Shown here in pieces: positions 9,612-17,751 of a stretch of DNA of 32,000 bases. The notes under the pieces were generated by a model, which saw only the letters and a program-made list of their open reading frames with translations, was not told the DNA's origin and did not search any database. The translations under genes and the position numbers were made by a program. How positions within the stretch are numbered: the first letter of the stretch is position 1; the number at the start of each line of letters is the position of its first letter. Source of the stretch: Ignicoccus pacificus DSM 13166 (GTDB lineage: Archaea > Thermoproteota > Thermoprotei_A > Sulfolobales > Ignicoccaceae); contig CP006868.1 in assembly GCA_025340205.1 (NCBI GenBank), positions 120,001 through 152,000 of the forward strand. Reading direction: 5' to 3'.

Positions 9612-10358
9612 TTAGAGGAGTCTCGGCGCGACGAGGTACGCAAGCCATCCTCCCTCTCCTATGCTGAAGGTCACCTTCAACGGCATCTCGTTGCTGAACT
9701 CTAGAGAGGCCTTATGCGCCACTTGAGAAGCAGTAGAGATGTAAGCTAGGTGCTCAACTCCATAGGAGGACTTAGGAGGCTCTCCGGAGCTCTTGACCTC
9801 ATAGTCTAAGAGCACGCCCGAATCTTGAGGTATGATGACCTCCGCCTCTCCTAAGTCGCTTGTAGCCTCTACCCTGAGCGTCGAGGGCTCCGCGACGAAG
9901 GTCACGGTATCGGCTATTGGCTCTAGGTCCTTGACCAGCTCTCTATAAGCGTCCGAGGTGAGCTCTACTTTCACGTCAAACTCAAGCTCCGGCTCGGGTA
10001 TGGACTCGGAGGCTACGTCGAGCTGAGGTAAGGTGAACTTTCTGATGCCCCTTCCCTTGTAGATAATGCTGTAGCTGCTCTCCCCCACCTCGATGCTCAA
10101 GGTATCGTCCTTCTGCGCCCTTCTCATTACCTTTGTCAAATCATCTAAGTTCAGTCCGAACTCAATTTCTCCCTCAACCTCATAGGTTTCGAAGTCGCTA
10201 GCTGGGATGAAGAAGTCGACGAGTACGACCTTCGCTTCATCCATGGTCCTTATCCTTACTCCCTCTTCGTTGATCTTCATCGTTGTTTCACTAACCACCT
10301 TAGCTATTGCTGAAATGACGTACTTCCACACCCTAGCGTCTAGGAACGTTAACTCCAA
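9612..10358 (-). CDS. pcn: DNA polymerase sliding clamp (PCNA)
   Basis: 248 aa; NEEGVRIRTMDEAKVVLVDFFIP, LNLDDLTKVMRRA, YLVAPRL C-terminus; immediately upstream of priS. Confidence 0.92.
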   Translation of the reverse strand: MELTFLDARVWKYVISAIAKVVSETTMKINEEGVRIRTMDEAKVVLVDFFIPASDFETYEVEGEIEFGLNLDDLTKVMRRAQKDDTLSIEVGESSYSIIYKGRGIRKFTLPQLDVASESIPEPELEFDVKVELTSDAYRELVKDLEPIADTVTFVAEPSTLRVEATSDLGEAEVIIPQDSGVLLDYEVKSSGEPPKSSYGVEHLAYISTASQVAHKASLEFSNEMPLKVTFSIGEGGWLAYLVAPRLL

Positions 10359-10404
10359 CTCTATGGCCCCTTCATGATATAGCAGGAGGGGTTTAAGCTA
10401 AAAC

Positions 10405-11349
10405 TTAGGCAGGGGGCTCCACGCTTTCTAAGATCTCCTCTATAACCTTGTAGGCCGTGTCTCTGGCGGCAAAGAGCTTCTCGCTTGGTACTTCCACGAC
10501 AAGTCTGTGAGGTAAGACGTACTTGACGACGCTTTTCACGTCGTCCGTCAGCACTACGTCTCTACCCTCTATCGCGGCGTTGGCCTTGGCAGCCCTCACT
10601 AGGTGTATGGCCGCTCTAGTAGTGGCTCCCATTATCACGTCAGGCCTTTCCCTAGTGGCCCTAACTATATCGACCGCGTATTCAGCTATCTTCCTGCTAA
10701 CGTCCAGCGATTGAGCTTCATCCATAGCAGCAAGTACGAAATTCGCATCGAAAACCTTCTTAGCTGAAGGCTCTAAGGCCCTTCTGCTCGAGTCTAACAT
10801 AACGGCTTCAACTTCCACCTCTCTAGGAGGGAACCGCAAGTCAGCGCTTGTGGTAAACCTATCCTTCGCTGCCTCCGGGAGCTGGTAAGTACCTACCATC
10901 TCTACGGGGTTCATAGTTGCTATCACGAAGAACGGTTTTGGAAGTTTGTACGTCTCTCCCTCTATGGTCACTTGACCCTCTTGCATCGCCTCGAGCAAGG
11001 CCGATTGGGTCCTAGGCGAAGCCCTGTTTATCTCGTCTACCAAGAGTACGTTCGTGAATATGGGTCCTAAGACCGTCCTGAACTCCCCTGTCTTCGGATC
11101 TAAGATCTTTCCACCTATCAAGTCTGAGGGCAAGGTGTCGGGCGTCATCTGCACTCTCTTGAACTTCAAGCCCAGTATCTGAGCGAACAACTTAGCCAAG
11201 GTGGTCTTCGCTACTCCCGGAACGCCCTCCAACAGCACGTGACCTCTAGAGAGCAAGGCCAAGGTCAGCGCCTTGACGGCATCGTCCATTCCAACTAGAT
11301 ACTTGCTTATCTCGCTCCTTACTGTATCATAGAATTCCTTCGCCTTCAT
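10405..11349 (-). CDS. MoxR family AAA+ ATPase
   Basis: GHVLLEGVPGVAKTTLAK Walker A, LLVDEINRASPRTQSALLEAMQEGQVTIEG, FFVIATMNPVEMVGTYQLPEAAKDRF. Confidence 0.93.
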   Translation of the reverse strand: MKAKEFYDTVRSEISKYLVGMDDAVKALTLALLSRGHVLLEGVPGVAKTTLAKLFAQILGLKFKRVQMTPDTLPSDLIGGKILDPKTGEFRTVLGPIFTNVLLVDEINRASPRTQSALLEAMQEGQVTIEGETYKLPKPFFVIATMNPVEMVGTYQLPEAAKDRFTTSADLRFPPREVEVEAVMLDSSRRALEPSAKKVFDANFVLAAMDEAQSLDVSRKIAEYAVDIVRATRERPDVIMGATTRAAIHLVRAAKANAAIEGRDVVLTDDVKSVVKYVLPHRLVVEVPSEKLFAARDTAYKVIEEILESVEPPA

Positions 11350-11477
11350 TAAGCGATCCCAGAGAACAACCGAGCCGGAAGGATTGAAAGAGGAATGGGT
11401 TTCCGCTAAAGTCTTCGGACCTTAAGGAACGAAGAAACCAAAACCTCTTGCCGATAACTGAGGAGGGTGAGGTAAGA

Positions 11478-12320
11478 GTGATCATAGCGATGATATACGA
11501 CCACCCTAGATGGGAAGAAAAGCACATGATCAAATTGATAGAGGAGTTGGGCCACGAGGTCCTCCACGTACCGCTGAGGTCGAGTACCCTAGAGCTATCT
11601 AACTTGAAGAAGATAGCTGACGTTGCTATTCAAAGAGCTATAAGCAGCGTAAGAGCCATAACCTCTACTGCCTTCTTCGAGGCCTCAGGAACTCCAGTCG
11701 TGAACAACTTGAACACTCAAATAATATGTGATAACAAGGTTCTTACTGATTTAGTTTTGGAAAAACATGGTATACCGAGGCCTAAGACCTTCGTAGCCTA
11801 CAGTATGGAGGAAGCTATGAAGATTCCGGAGAAGCTAGGATTCCCCTTAGTGATTAAGCCTATCCAAGGAAGCTGGGGTAGGTTACAAGCCTTGGTCAGT
11901 GACGAGGAGGCGTTGAGAGGAATTTTGGAGTACAGGGAAGCCATGCCCAGTCCACAATTCAAGGTTCACTACATGCAAGAGTACATCAAGAAGCCTCAGA
12001 GAGATATAAGGGTCTTCGTCGTGGGCGATAGGGTACCCGTTGCGATATACAGAATATCCCAGAACTGGAGGACGAACACGGCTCTCGGAGGGAGAGCCGA
12101 GAAGGCGGAGCTCAACGCAGAGCTGGAGGAGATAGCTCTCAAGGCTGCCAAGGCGGTAGGAGGAGGCGTGCTCGGGGTTGATGTAGTTGAGGACCCCGAG
12201 AGAGGATACTTGGTAATAGAAGTCAACTCCAACGTAGACTTCAAGAATACCTACAGAGTAACGGGTCATGATCTAGGAAAGGACATAGTCGAGTATGCCA
12301 TTGAAATAGCTAAGAGATAA
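11478..12320 (+). CDS. lysX: ATP-grasp ligase, LysX/RimK family (alpha-aminoadipate-LysW ligase-like)
   Basis: MIYDHPRWEEKHMIKLIEELGHEV, VIKPIQGSWGRL, GGGVLGVDVVE...LVIEVNSNVDFKNTYRVTGHD. ORF opens at 11448; GTG 11478 has a better RBS (AGGGTGAGG). Confidence 0.72.
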   Translation: MIIAMIYDHPRWEEKHMIKLIEELGHEVLHVPLRSSTLELSNLKKIADVAIQRAISSVRAITSTAFFEASGTPVVNNLNTQIICDNKVLTDLVLEKHGIPRPKTFVAYSMEEAMKIPEKLGFPLVIKPIQGSWGRLQALVSDEEALRGILEYREAMPSPQFKVHYMQEYIKKPQRDIRVFVVGDRVPVAIYRISQNWRTNTALGGRAEKAELNAELEEIALKAAKAVGGGVLGVDVVEDPERGYLVIEVNSNVDFKNTYRVTGHDLGKDIVEYAIEIAKR

Positions 12321-12359
12321 CGCTTCAAAACTTTCAATACTTCAAGGTAGGGGACGCCC

Positions 12360-12623
12360 ATGAAAGTTAAGGTTAGGTTTTATGCATACTTAAGGGAGAA
12401 GATAAAGGAGAAGGATGAATTCGAGTGTGATTGCAAAACCGCAAAGGAGCTGTTCGAGGAACTCTTGAGGAGGTATCCGGAGCTTCAAAGGGAAAGAGAG
12501 GAATACAAGGACAGCGGGTTGGAGTTAGGCGTTTTGATTAATGGTAGAGATTGGAGACACTTAGGGGAGATAGAGGGCGACGAAGTTAAGGTCAGCGTCT
12601 TCCCTCCAGCGGCCGGTGGTTGA
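12360..12623 (+). CDS. MoaD/ThiS-like ubiquitin-fold protein (SAMP-like) ending in GG
   Basis: 87 aa; VKVRFYAYLREK...LINGRDWRHL...VSVFPPAAGG C-terminal diglycine. Confidence 0.88.
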   Translation: MKVKVRFYAYLREKIKEKDEFECDCKTAKELFEELLRRYPELQREREEYKDSGLELGVLINGRDWRHLGEIEGDEVKVSVFPPAAGG

Positions 12624-13369
12624 GCTTGATAGTTCCACCTGATCATCCACGATACTATTCATTACTTTATCGAGAAAGAATAGTTGAGAAGGCGAAGGAG
12701 GGCGTGGTAGTCCTTCAAGGCCTTATAGCTCACGGAAGGGGAGAGGCTTTCGATTACATGATGGGAGAGAGGACCACGCCAGCCGCTCTCAAAGCAGAAA
12801 AGGCAGCGGTTGCCCTCCTCAAGCTGGCTAAACACCCAGTCATAAGCGTCAACGGAAACTTGGCGGCGCTGGTTCCCAGGGAAATAGTCATGCTCTCCAA
12901 GGCACTTAACGCCCCTCTCGAGGTCAACTTGTTCTATAGGTCAGAAGAGAGGGCCAAGAGAATAGCAGATCTTCTAAAGGCCCACGGTGCAGAGGAAGTC
13001 CTATGGAAACCCGACGCCGAGATAGAGGGGTTATCTAGTGAGAGGAGGAAGGTGACTAGAAGGGGAATAGCTTCAGCTGACGTGGTTCTCGTTGCCCTAG
13101 AGGACGGCGATAGGACGGAAGCGCTGAAGAGAGTGGGTAAGAAGGTAATAGCAATAGACCTAAATCCTTTCTCCAGGACTGCCAGGATGGCCGATATAAC
13201 TATTGTAGATAACGTGATAAGGGCGATACCCAACATGATAAAGTTTGCAGAAGAGATGAGTGAGGAAGAGTGTAAGAGGACCCTAGAGGACTTTGATAAT
13301 TCCTTGAACTTGAGGGAAAGCGCCAAGTACCTCAAAGAGTGGGTACAGAGAATGATAGAAGAGCTTTAG
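12620..13369 (+). CDS. 4-phosphopantoate-beta-alanine ligase (COG1701/DUF137)
   Basis: PPDHPRYYSLLYRERIVEKAKEGVVVLQGLIAHGRGEAFDYMMGE, PVISVNGNLAALVP; TTGA start/stop overlap with the upstream gene. Confidence 0.88.
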   Translation: MSLIVPPDHPRYYSLLYRERIVEKAKEGVVVLQGLIAHGRGEAFDYMMGERTTPAALKAEKAAVALLKLAKHPVISVNGNLAALVPREIVMLSKALNAPLEVNLFYRSEERAKRIADLLKAHGAEEVLWKPDAEIEGLSSERRKVTRRGIASADVVLVALEDGDRTEALKRVGKKVIAIDLNPFSRTARMADITIVDNVIRAIPNMIKFAEEMSEEECKRTLEDFDNSLNLRESAKYLKEWVQRMIEEL

Positions 13370-14097
13370 GCCTTAGCCCTCTCCAAGTACTTCGCAACTT
13401 CCTCCTCGGTTAACTTCCTAACCTTTCTCTCGTCCGCTCTGACTATCCCTATCTCGTAGTTCTCTGGACTCACCTCTTCCGCTCCAACGCTCATTAGAGC
13501 CTTGAGAGCCAATACTATGGCGTCGTCCAAGCTCATGTCATAGTTATACCTTCCCTCTAAATACTCGCTTATCTGGCTCTGGTTCTGGCCTATGACGGCG
13601 GCGTAATAGCTCATGTACTGGCCACTAGGCTCGGTCATGAACACTTGAGGACCAAACTCGTCCACTCCGGCGAAGATCAAGGCAACTCCGAAGGGCCTCA
13701 CACCAGCGTGTTGGGTGTAAGCTTGCTTTACGTCGCTTATCACCTTAGCTACGTACTCAACGGTCGGGGGCTCGTCGTAGAGGAACCTATGTCTTAGAGC
13801 TACCTCTCTGGCTATGTCTACTAGAATCCTTCCGTCAGCGGCTAGACCGGCGAAGCTGGTCATTATGTGATCATCTACGACGAATATCTTCTCTAGATGC
13901 TTCAAGTCGATCAAGTTTTGGAGCTTCTTCCTCTCTACCGCTATTAGGACTCCCTCTTTGCACTTCATTCCTATGGTGCTCCAGCCCCTCTTGACGGCCT
14001 CAAAGGCGTACTCCACTTGGTAGAGCTTTCCTTCAGGTGAGAAGACGGTTATCGCCCTGTCATATCCCATTTGTTGTGGGCCGAATCCGAAAGCCAT
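13366..14097 (-). CDS. psmA: proteasome subunit alpha
   Basis: GYDRAITVFSPEGKLYQVEYAFEAVKRGWSTIGMKCKEGVLIAVE is diagnostic. Confidence 0.96.
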   Translation of the reverse strand: MAFGFGPQQMGYDRAITVFSPEGKLYQVEYAFEAVKRGWSTIGMKCKEGVLIAVERKKLQNLIDLKHLEKIFVVDDHIMTSFAGLAADGRILVDIAREVALRHRFLYDEPPTVEYVAKVISDVKQAYTQHAGVRPFGVALIFAGVDEFGPQVFMTEPSGQYMSYYAAVIGQNQSQISEYLEGRYNYDMSLDDAIVLALKALMSVGAEEVSPENYEIGIVRADERKVRKLTEEEVAKYLERAKA

Positions 14098-14135
14098 TTC
14101 TTTCGTACCCCCGCAGTACCCTCCAGAAGAAGTAA

Positions 14136-14681
14136 TTAGAGTTCGTGCGTTCCTAAGATGCCTTCTACCTCATCGAACAATCCGCCTAAGACCTCCTTGA
14201 TGGGCTTGTTACCAAGGAAAATCGAGTAGGATCCACAAGCCTCCGAGTAGTCGAGCATATCGAGAGCTTCGGTACCCATCTCCCTTAGGACCAGACCCGC
14301 GAGGACGCTAACCACTAGTTGGATCTCCGTCTCCGGACACCCAAGCTCCCACAACTTCTTGACCAAGTCCACTCTCCCCAAGTAACTAAGGGTGGCTATA
14401 GCTAAGGAGCCGGACCTACCGCATCCAGCGTCGCAAGCGTAAACGACCCTCCTTCTTATTTTATAGAAGAGTCTTCCCACCTTTAACGCTCTCTTAAAAT
14501 TCTCGAAAGGCAGTAGCGTTGAGTCCTTGAGGGGGAAGTGTATCTTAGAAGAGCTCTTGTTACCTACATAAATTATCTCATCCTCCTCGAACTCGTCTTT
14601 AAGTTTCTCAATGGGGCCGAAGATCACTTCTCTGTTGTCCACTTTCACCCTCTTAACGTCGTTCGTTAACTGAATGCTCAA
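14136..14681 (-). CDS. putative cysteine-based phosphatase (PTP/DSP-like CX5RS motif)
   Basis: VVYACDAGCGRSGSLAIATLSYLG matches the C-x5-R-S P-loop followed by the A..YL helix pattern; remainder divergent. Confidence 0.5.
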   Translation of the reverse strand: MSIQLTNDVKRVKVDNREVIFGPIEKLKDEFEEDEIIYVGNKSSSKIHFPLKDSTLLPFENFKRALKVGRLFYKIRRRVVYACDAGCGRSGSLAIATLSYLGRVDLVKKLWELGCPETEIQLVVSVLAGLVLREMGTEALDMLDYSEACGSYSIFLGNKPIKEVLGGLFDEVEGILGTHEL

Positions 14682-14737
14682 GGCACTTCCCCAGTCCTCA
14701 TAAGTTCTCCAACCACCTCCTTTTTGAGGAGAGACGG

Positions 14738-15262
14738 ATGGAGTACGAGGAGGCCCTCCTTCTAGTGGCTCATATGTACGGTGATCTGATATCTTACTTA
14801 AAGTTGAAGTACAGGGACGTTGATAGCTTGATGCAAGACATATGTAAGGTCTCTGCTGTAGCGCCTTTAGTAGGAGTTGTGGACTTGGCTAAGCCTAAGG
14901 ACTGTAACGCCTTGATAGAGATGCTCGAGCACCTCCCAGAGAACCCGATAGCCCCTCATCCAGAATGCGATGAGGGAGAAATGAAGAAATACAAGAATTC
15001 TGTAATCGATAGGATAAAGAAAATGTGTGAGGAGGGAAGGGACTCTGAGGCGTTAGAATACATTAGATCGTTGTTCGAGGTACCTTATATGGAATCCAAG
15101 GATGTGGACGTAATGAAAACTGTTATGGCACACCTACCCCAAGAGGTAATGGCGAAGGTTAGCTCTCCTTTAGGTAACCTAAACATGAGGGAATTCGTGC
15201 CCATCCTAATATTACTAAGCGGATTGATGAATTCAGAGATAGAGAAGTGTAAGGGGAAGTGA
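14738..15262 (+). CDS. hypothetical protein (174 aa)
   Basis: Complete ORF, ATG start with GAGGAGAG upstream; helix-rich acidic protein, no family recognised. Confidence 0.6.
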   Translation: MEYEEALLLVAHMYGDLISYLKLKYRDVDSLMQDICKVSAVAPLVGVVDLAKPKDCNALIEMLEHLPENPIAPHPECDEGEMKKYKNSVIDRIKKMCEEGRDSEALEYIRSLFEVPYMESKDVDVMKTVMAHLPQEVMAKVSSPLGNLNMREFVPILILLSGLMNSEIEKCKGK

Positions 15263-15265
15263 GAG

Positions 15266-15418
15266 TTGGATTGTAGGGATGAGTTCGAGGAATGCTTTCA
15301 GAGATGTTTAGAAGAAGTCCGAGAAGAACCCGGCCCTGCTTGCGGGAGCTTTTGTTGGAGGGTCTACTGGGAGTGCCTCAAATCGAATGTAAATTATGGA
15401 CTTAAACGCACTAAGTAA
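15266..15418 (+). CDS. 50-aa cysteine-rich mini-protein, predicted alpha-helical hairpin (not in supplied ORF track)
   Basis: TTG start 3 nt after the upstream TGA, GGGGAAGTGAG RBS-like sequence; translates MDCRDEFEECFQRCLEEVREEPGPACGSFCWRVYWECLKSNVNYGLKRTK; cysteine spacing CX6CX3C-X11-CX3CX6C. Confidence 0.5.
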   Translation: MDCRDEFEECFQRCLEEVREEPGPACGSFCWRVYWECLKSNVNYGLKRTK

Positions 15419-15457
15419 CGTCGTTACTCTGCTTGTTACCTAAAAGGAAAAAGGTAA
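15415..15457 (+). terminator. possible hairpins/termination region after the Cys-rich mini-ORF
   Basis: GTAACG-T-CGTTAC near-palindrome at 15415-15427 and TTACCT...AGGTAA hairpin at 15436-15457 in a 136-bp intergenic gap. Confidence 0.2.
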
Positions 15458-15569
15458 TAGTATACCACTTCTCGATAAAGATTCCCATTTACTACAATAC
15501 ATAGATAATGCTCTTAATAGGAAAGGTTAATAAGTAGAAAAGATCTCTAATAAGATGAGGATGGAGGTC

Positions 15570-16712
15570 ATGAGGTCAGCGGTATTGCTATTGGTACTAG
15601 TACTGATCCCGGCTCTCATGGCCTCCCAAGTGAACCTTAACATAATAATGCCGGATAAGTACCTAAGGGAGCTGAGTGACCTAAGCGTCTTAGGAAAGGA
15701 ACTATGGGGTACGCCACTCACGTGTTCGGTCTTGAAGGCCTATGAAGGAGAGATGTTGAGGGGAGCCTTAGCACAATTCAACAAGACCATAGTTAATGAT
15801 TACCTACAGTTTGCCAAGTACATGATGGAATCCTATAAGCTGATGTCTGGCAGAGTACTTCCTCCTCCCGTACAAGTCACTCAAGCGAAGCTCATACTAG
15901 GATCCGCGCAAGCGTATCTGAGAGCTATCCAAGCCGACGTAGCAGCTCTTGAGAACGTAACGCAGAGCTTCGACTTCCCAGAGTGTCAGACCAACGCTAC
16001 CGAGGACACCCTGATGAAGTTGGCCAACGTTACCGCCTTGAGCCCCGAGGAAGCGATCGAAATGGTGAACTCATTGAAGCCAGGTAAGGTTAACCCGGCA
16101 GATTGTTACTTCATGATGAGGTTACACGAAATCCTAACTGGACTAAAGAAGTGGATTTCGTTAAAGAAGATGCAGCTAAAGGAGTTAGAGACTAGGGTTA
16201 ACATCTATAATAGAGTTATCGATGGCATCATTGCAGATATGTATGCTGAAAAGGCAGCTACCGTACTCCAATCCTTAGCTGACGACCTAAAGATATATAC
16301 CATAGCCAAGATACTGAACGATTCGCTTCCAGTGATAGCTTCGCCAGAGGGTGACGTTCAGTCGATGGCCTATACCGTTGGAAAGAACATGTACAGCGTT
16401 ACTAGATATGGATTCATGATTAGCGTGGCATCGCCATACGCCCAAGAGATACAAGTACCCGAGGACTGTCAAGGTGTGTTCAATACTATGAGCAACTTCT
16501 TGGTGACTCTGAACGTAAATATGGTTAATGCTAAGTATGGTGGTCTGAACAAGTTAGCCAGCTGCTTTAGCATAATGCTAAAGAGCGAGCTTAATATGTC
16601 ACTTAAGAAGCATAACGAGAACTTCTCCAAGCTAGAGGATCAAGTACTTCAGCAAGAGGCTAATCTCGAGAAAGTGGTGAACGCCTACAAGGCCCTGATA
16701 TGTTCGGGGTGA
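15570..16712 (+). CDS. secreted helical protein, unknown
   Basis: Signal peptide MRSAVLLLVLVLIPALMASQ, then a long mostly helical ectodomain with a few Cys. ORF opens at 15555; ATG 15570 follows GGAGGT. Confidence 0.7.
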   Translation: MRSAVLLLVLVLIPALMASQVNLNIIMPDKYLRELSDLSVLGKELWGTPLTCSVLKAYEGEMLRGALAQFNKTIVNDYLQFAKYMMESYKLMSGRVLPPPVQVTQAKLILGSAQAYLRAIQADVAALENVTQSFDFPECQTNATEDTLMKLANVTALSPEEAIEMVNSLKPGKVNPADCYFMMRLHEILTGLKKWISLKKMQLKELETRVNIYNRVIDGIIADMYAEKAATVLQSLADDLKIYTIAKILNDSLPVIASPEGDVQSMAYTVGKNMYSVTRYGFMISVASPYAQEIQVPEDCQGVFNTMSNFLVTLNVNMVNAKYGGLNKLASCFSIMLKSELNMSLKKHNENFSKLEDQVLQQEANLEKVVNAYKALICSG

Positions 16713-16718
16713 TAGGAG

Positions 16719-17495
16719 ATGAAAAAGGTACTATTTTTCACCTTAATTTTTCTAATACCCATCCTCGCCTCTCAAATTACGGTAACCGTCACGCCACCTT
16801 ACTTCATTGTTCCAGTAAACAACACGATAACCATGGCAGTGAACGTCTGCTGTGCCCCTCAAACGGTCGATCTCTTGACGGTCACCTTAGGCGACAATCC
16901 AGTTACAATAGTGAGAACCCTAGACCTAATAGTGCCTAAGGGGGCGTACCCGATAAACTTGATAATAAAACTTAGTAACAACATGGTCAACTATACAACC
17001 GTAGCGCCTCTGGTAGTTAAGGCGACACCCCCTTCAGTGACTATTACAGATTACGTCCACTTAGAGGTGGGATATTTAGAAGGTACCATAGGGATAAACG
17101 CCACTCTGCAAGTAGGTAATTACACACCCAATTGGAACAACTACATCACAATAACGAAGACAGTCACTGAGACCTATACTATGTATATTAGGGAAACCAC
17201 TACGATAAATAACACCATAGTCTCAGTAGTCCTTTCTACCATAGTTACCACTATGATTAGAACCGTGACTAGATTGATTCCAGAGACGTTTACTGAAACA
17301 TTGACAATGGCATTCAATATAACTCACATAATAACACAAACTTGGACGCAGTCGTGTAAACTACTGATATCTACTACCACAGTGACTACGACAGTTACGA
17401 AGAACTGGTTCAAGTTCTCAATACCTAGCGTTGCCCTACTAGCTCCGTTGATCCGAGGGATATGGAGAAAGCGTAAGGAGAACGGAAGGCAATGA
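16719..17495 (+). CDS. secreted Thr-rich protein with C-terminal membrane anchor, unknown
   Basis: Signal peptide MKKVLFFTLIFLIPILASQ, beta-type domain, Thr-rich stalk (TTTTVTTTVTK), C-terminal hydrophobic segment and RKRK tail; 6 nt after the upstream gene. Confidence 0.7.
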   Translation: MKKVLFFTLIFLIPILASQITVTVTPPYFIVPVNNTITMAVNVCCAPQTVDLLTVTLGDNPVTIVRTLDLIVPKGAYPINLIIKLSNNMVNYTTVAPLVVKATPPSVTITDYVHLEVGYLEGTIGINATLQVGNYTPNWNNYITITKTVTETYTMYIRETTTINNTIVSVVLSTIVTTMIRTVTRLIPETFTETLTMAFNITHIITQTWTQSCKLLISTTTVTTTVTKNWFKFSIPSVALLAPLIRGIWRKRKENGRQ

Positions 17496-17632
17496 GTTCT
17501 TTCAAGTAACTTTTAGGACTTATGTATTGACTGTAAGTATCTATTCCAAGGTACTTTTTAGAAACATGATTACTATGACAAGTAGTTCGTAAATGATGGG
17601 TGTGCGAGCTCATGAGAGGTATTGGGAGTAAT

Positions 17633-17711
17633 TGGTGCGGCGGCCGGGATTTGAACCCGGGATCACCGGCTTGGGAGGCCGGCATCCTAGTCCAGGCTAG
17701 ACGACCGCCGC
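17633..17711 (-). tRNA. tRNA-Gly(CCC), CCA encoded, no intron
   Basis: GCGGCGG acceptor pairs with CCGCCGC; CCGGC-CTCCCAA-GCCGG anticodon arm; CCGGG-TTCAAAT-CCCGG T-arm; A then CCA. Confidence 0.95.
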
Positions 17712-17751
17712 ACCCACGGAGAGGGGAAGGCATTGAGTTAATAAGCTGTGC

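Noticed and set aside
17505-17572. Imperfect repeat CAAGTAACTTTTAG / CAAGGTACTTTTTAG downstream of the anchored surface protein
   Set aside because: Short and AT-rich, only two copies; could be chance or termination-associated, not enough to call a repeat element.
17582-17632. ATGATGG-containing sequence near the tRNA-Gly as a second sRNA candidate
   Set aside because: Imperfect C box and no D box; not supportable.
17425-17733. Minus-strand 102-aa ORF across 17425-17733 and the plus-strand ORF 17600-17815
   Set aside because: Both read through the tRNA-Gly gene; the translated GxxGxxxR-like peptides are artefacts of tRNA sequence.
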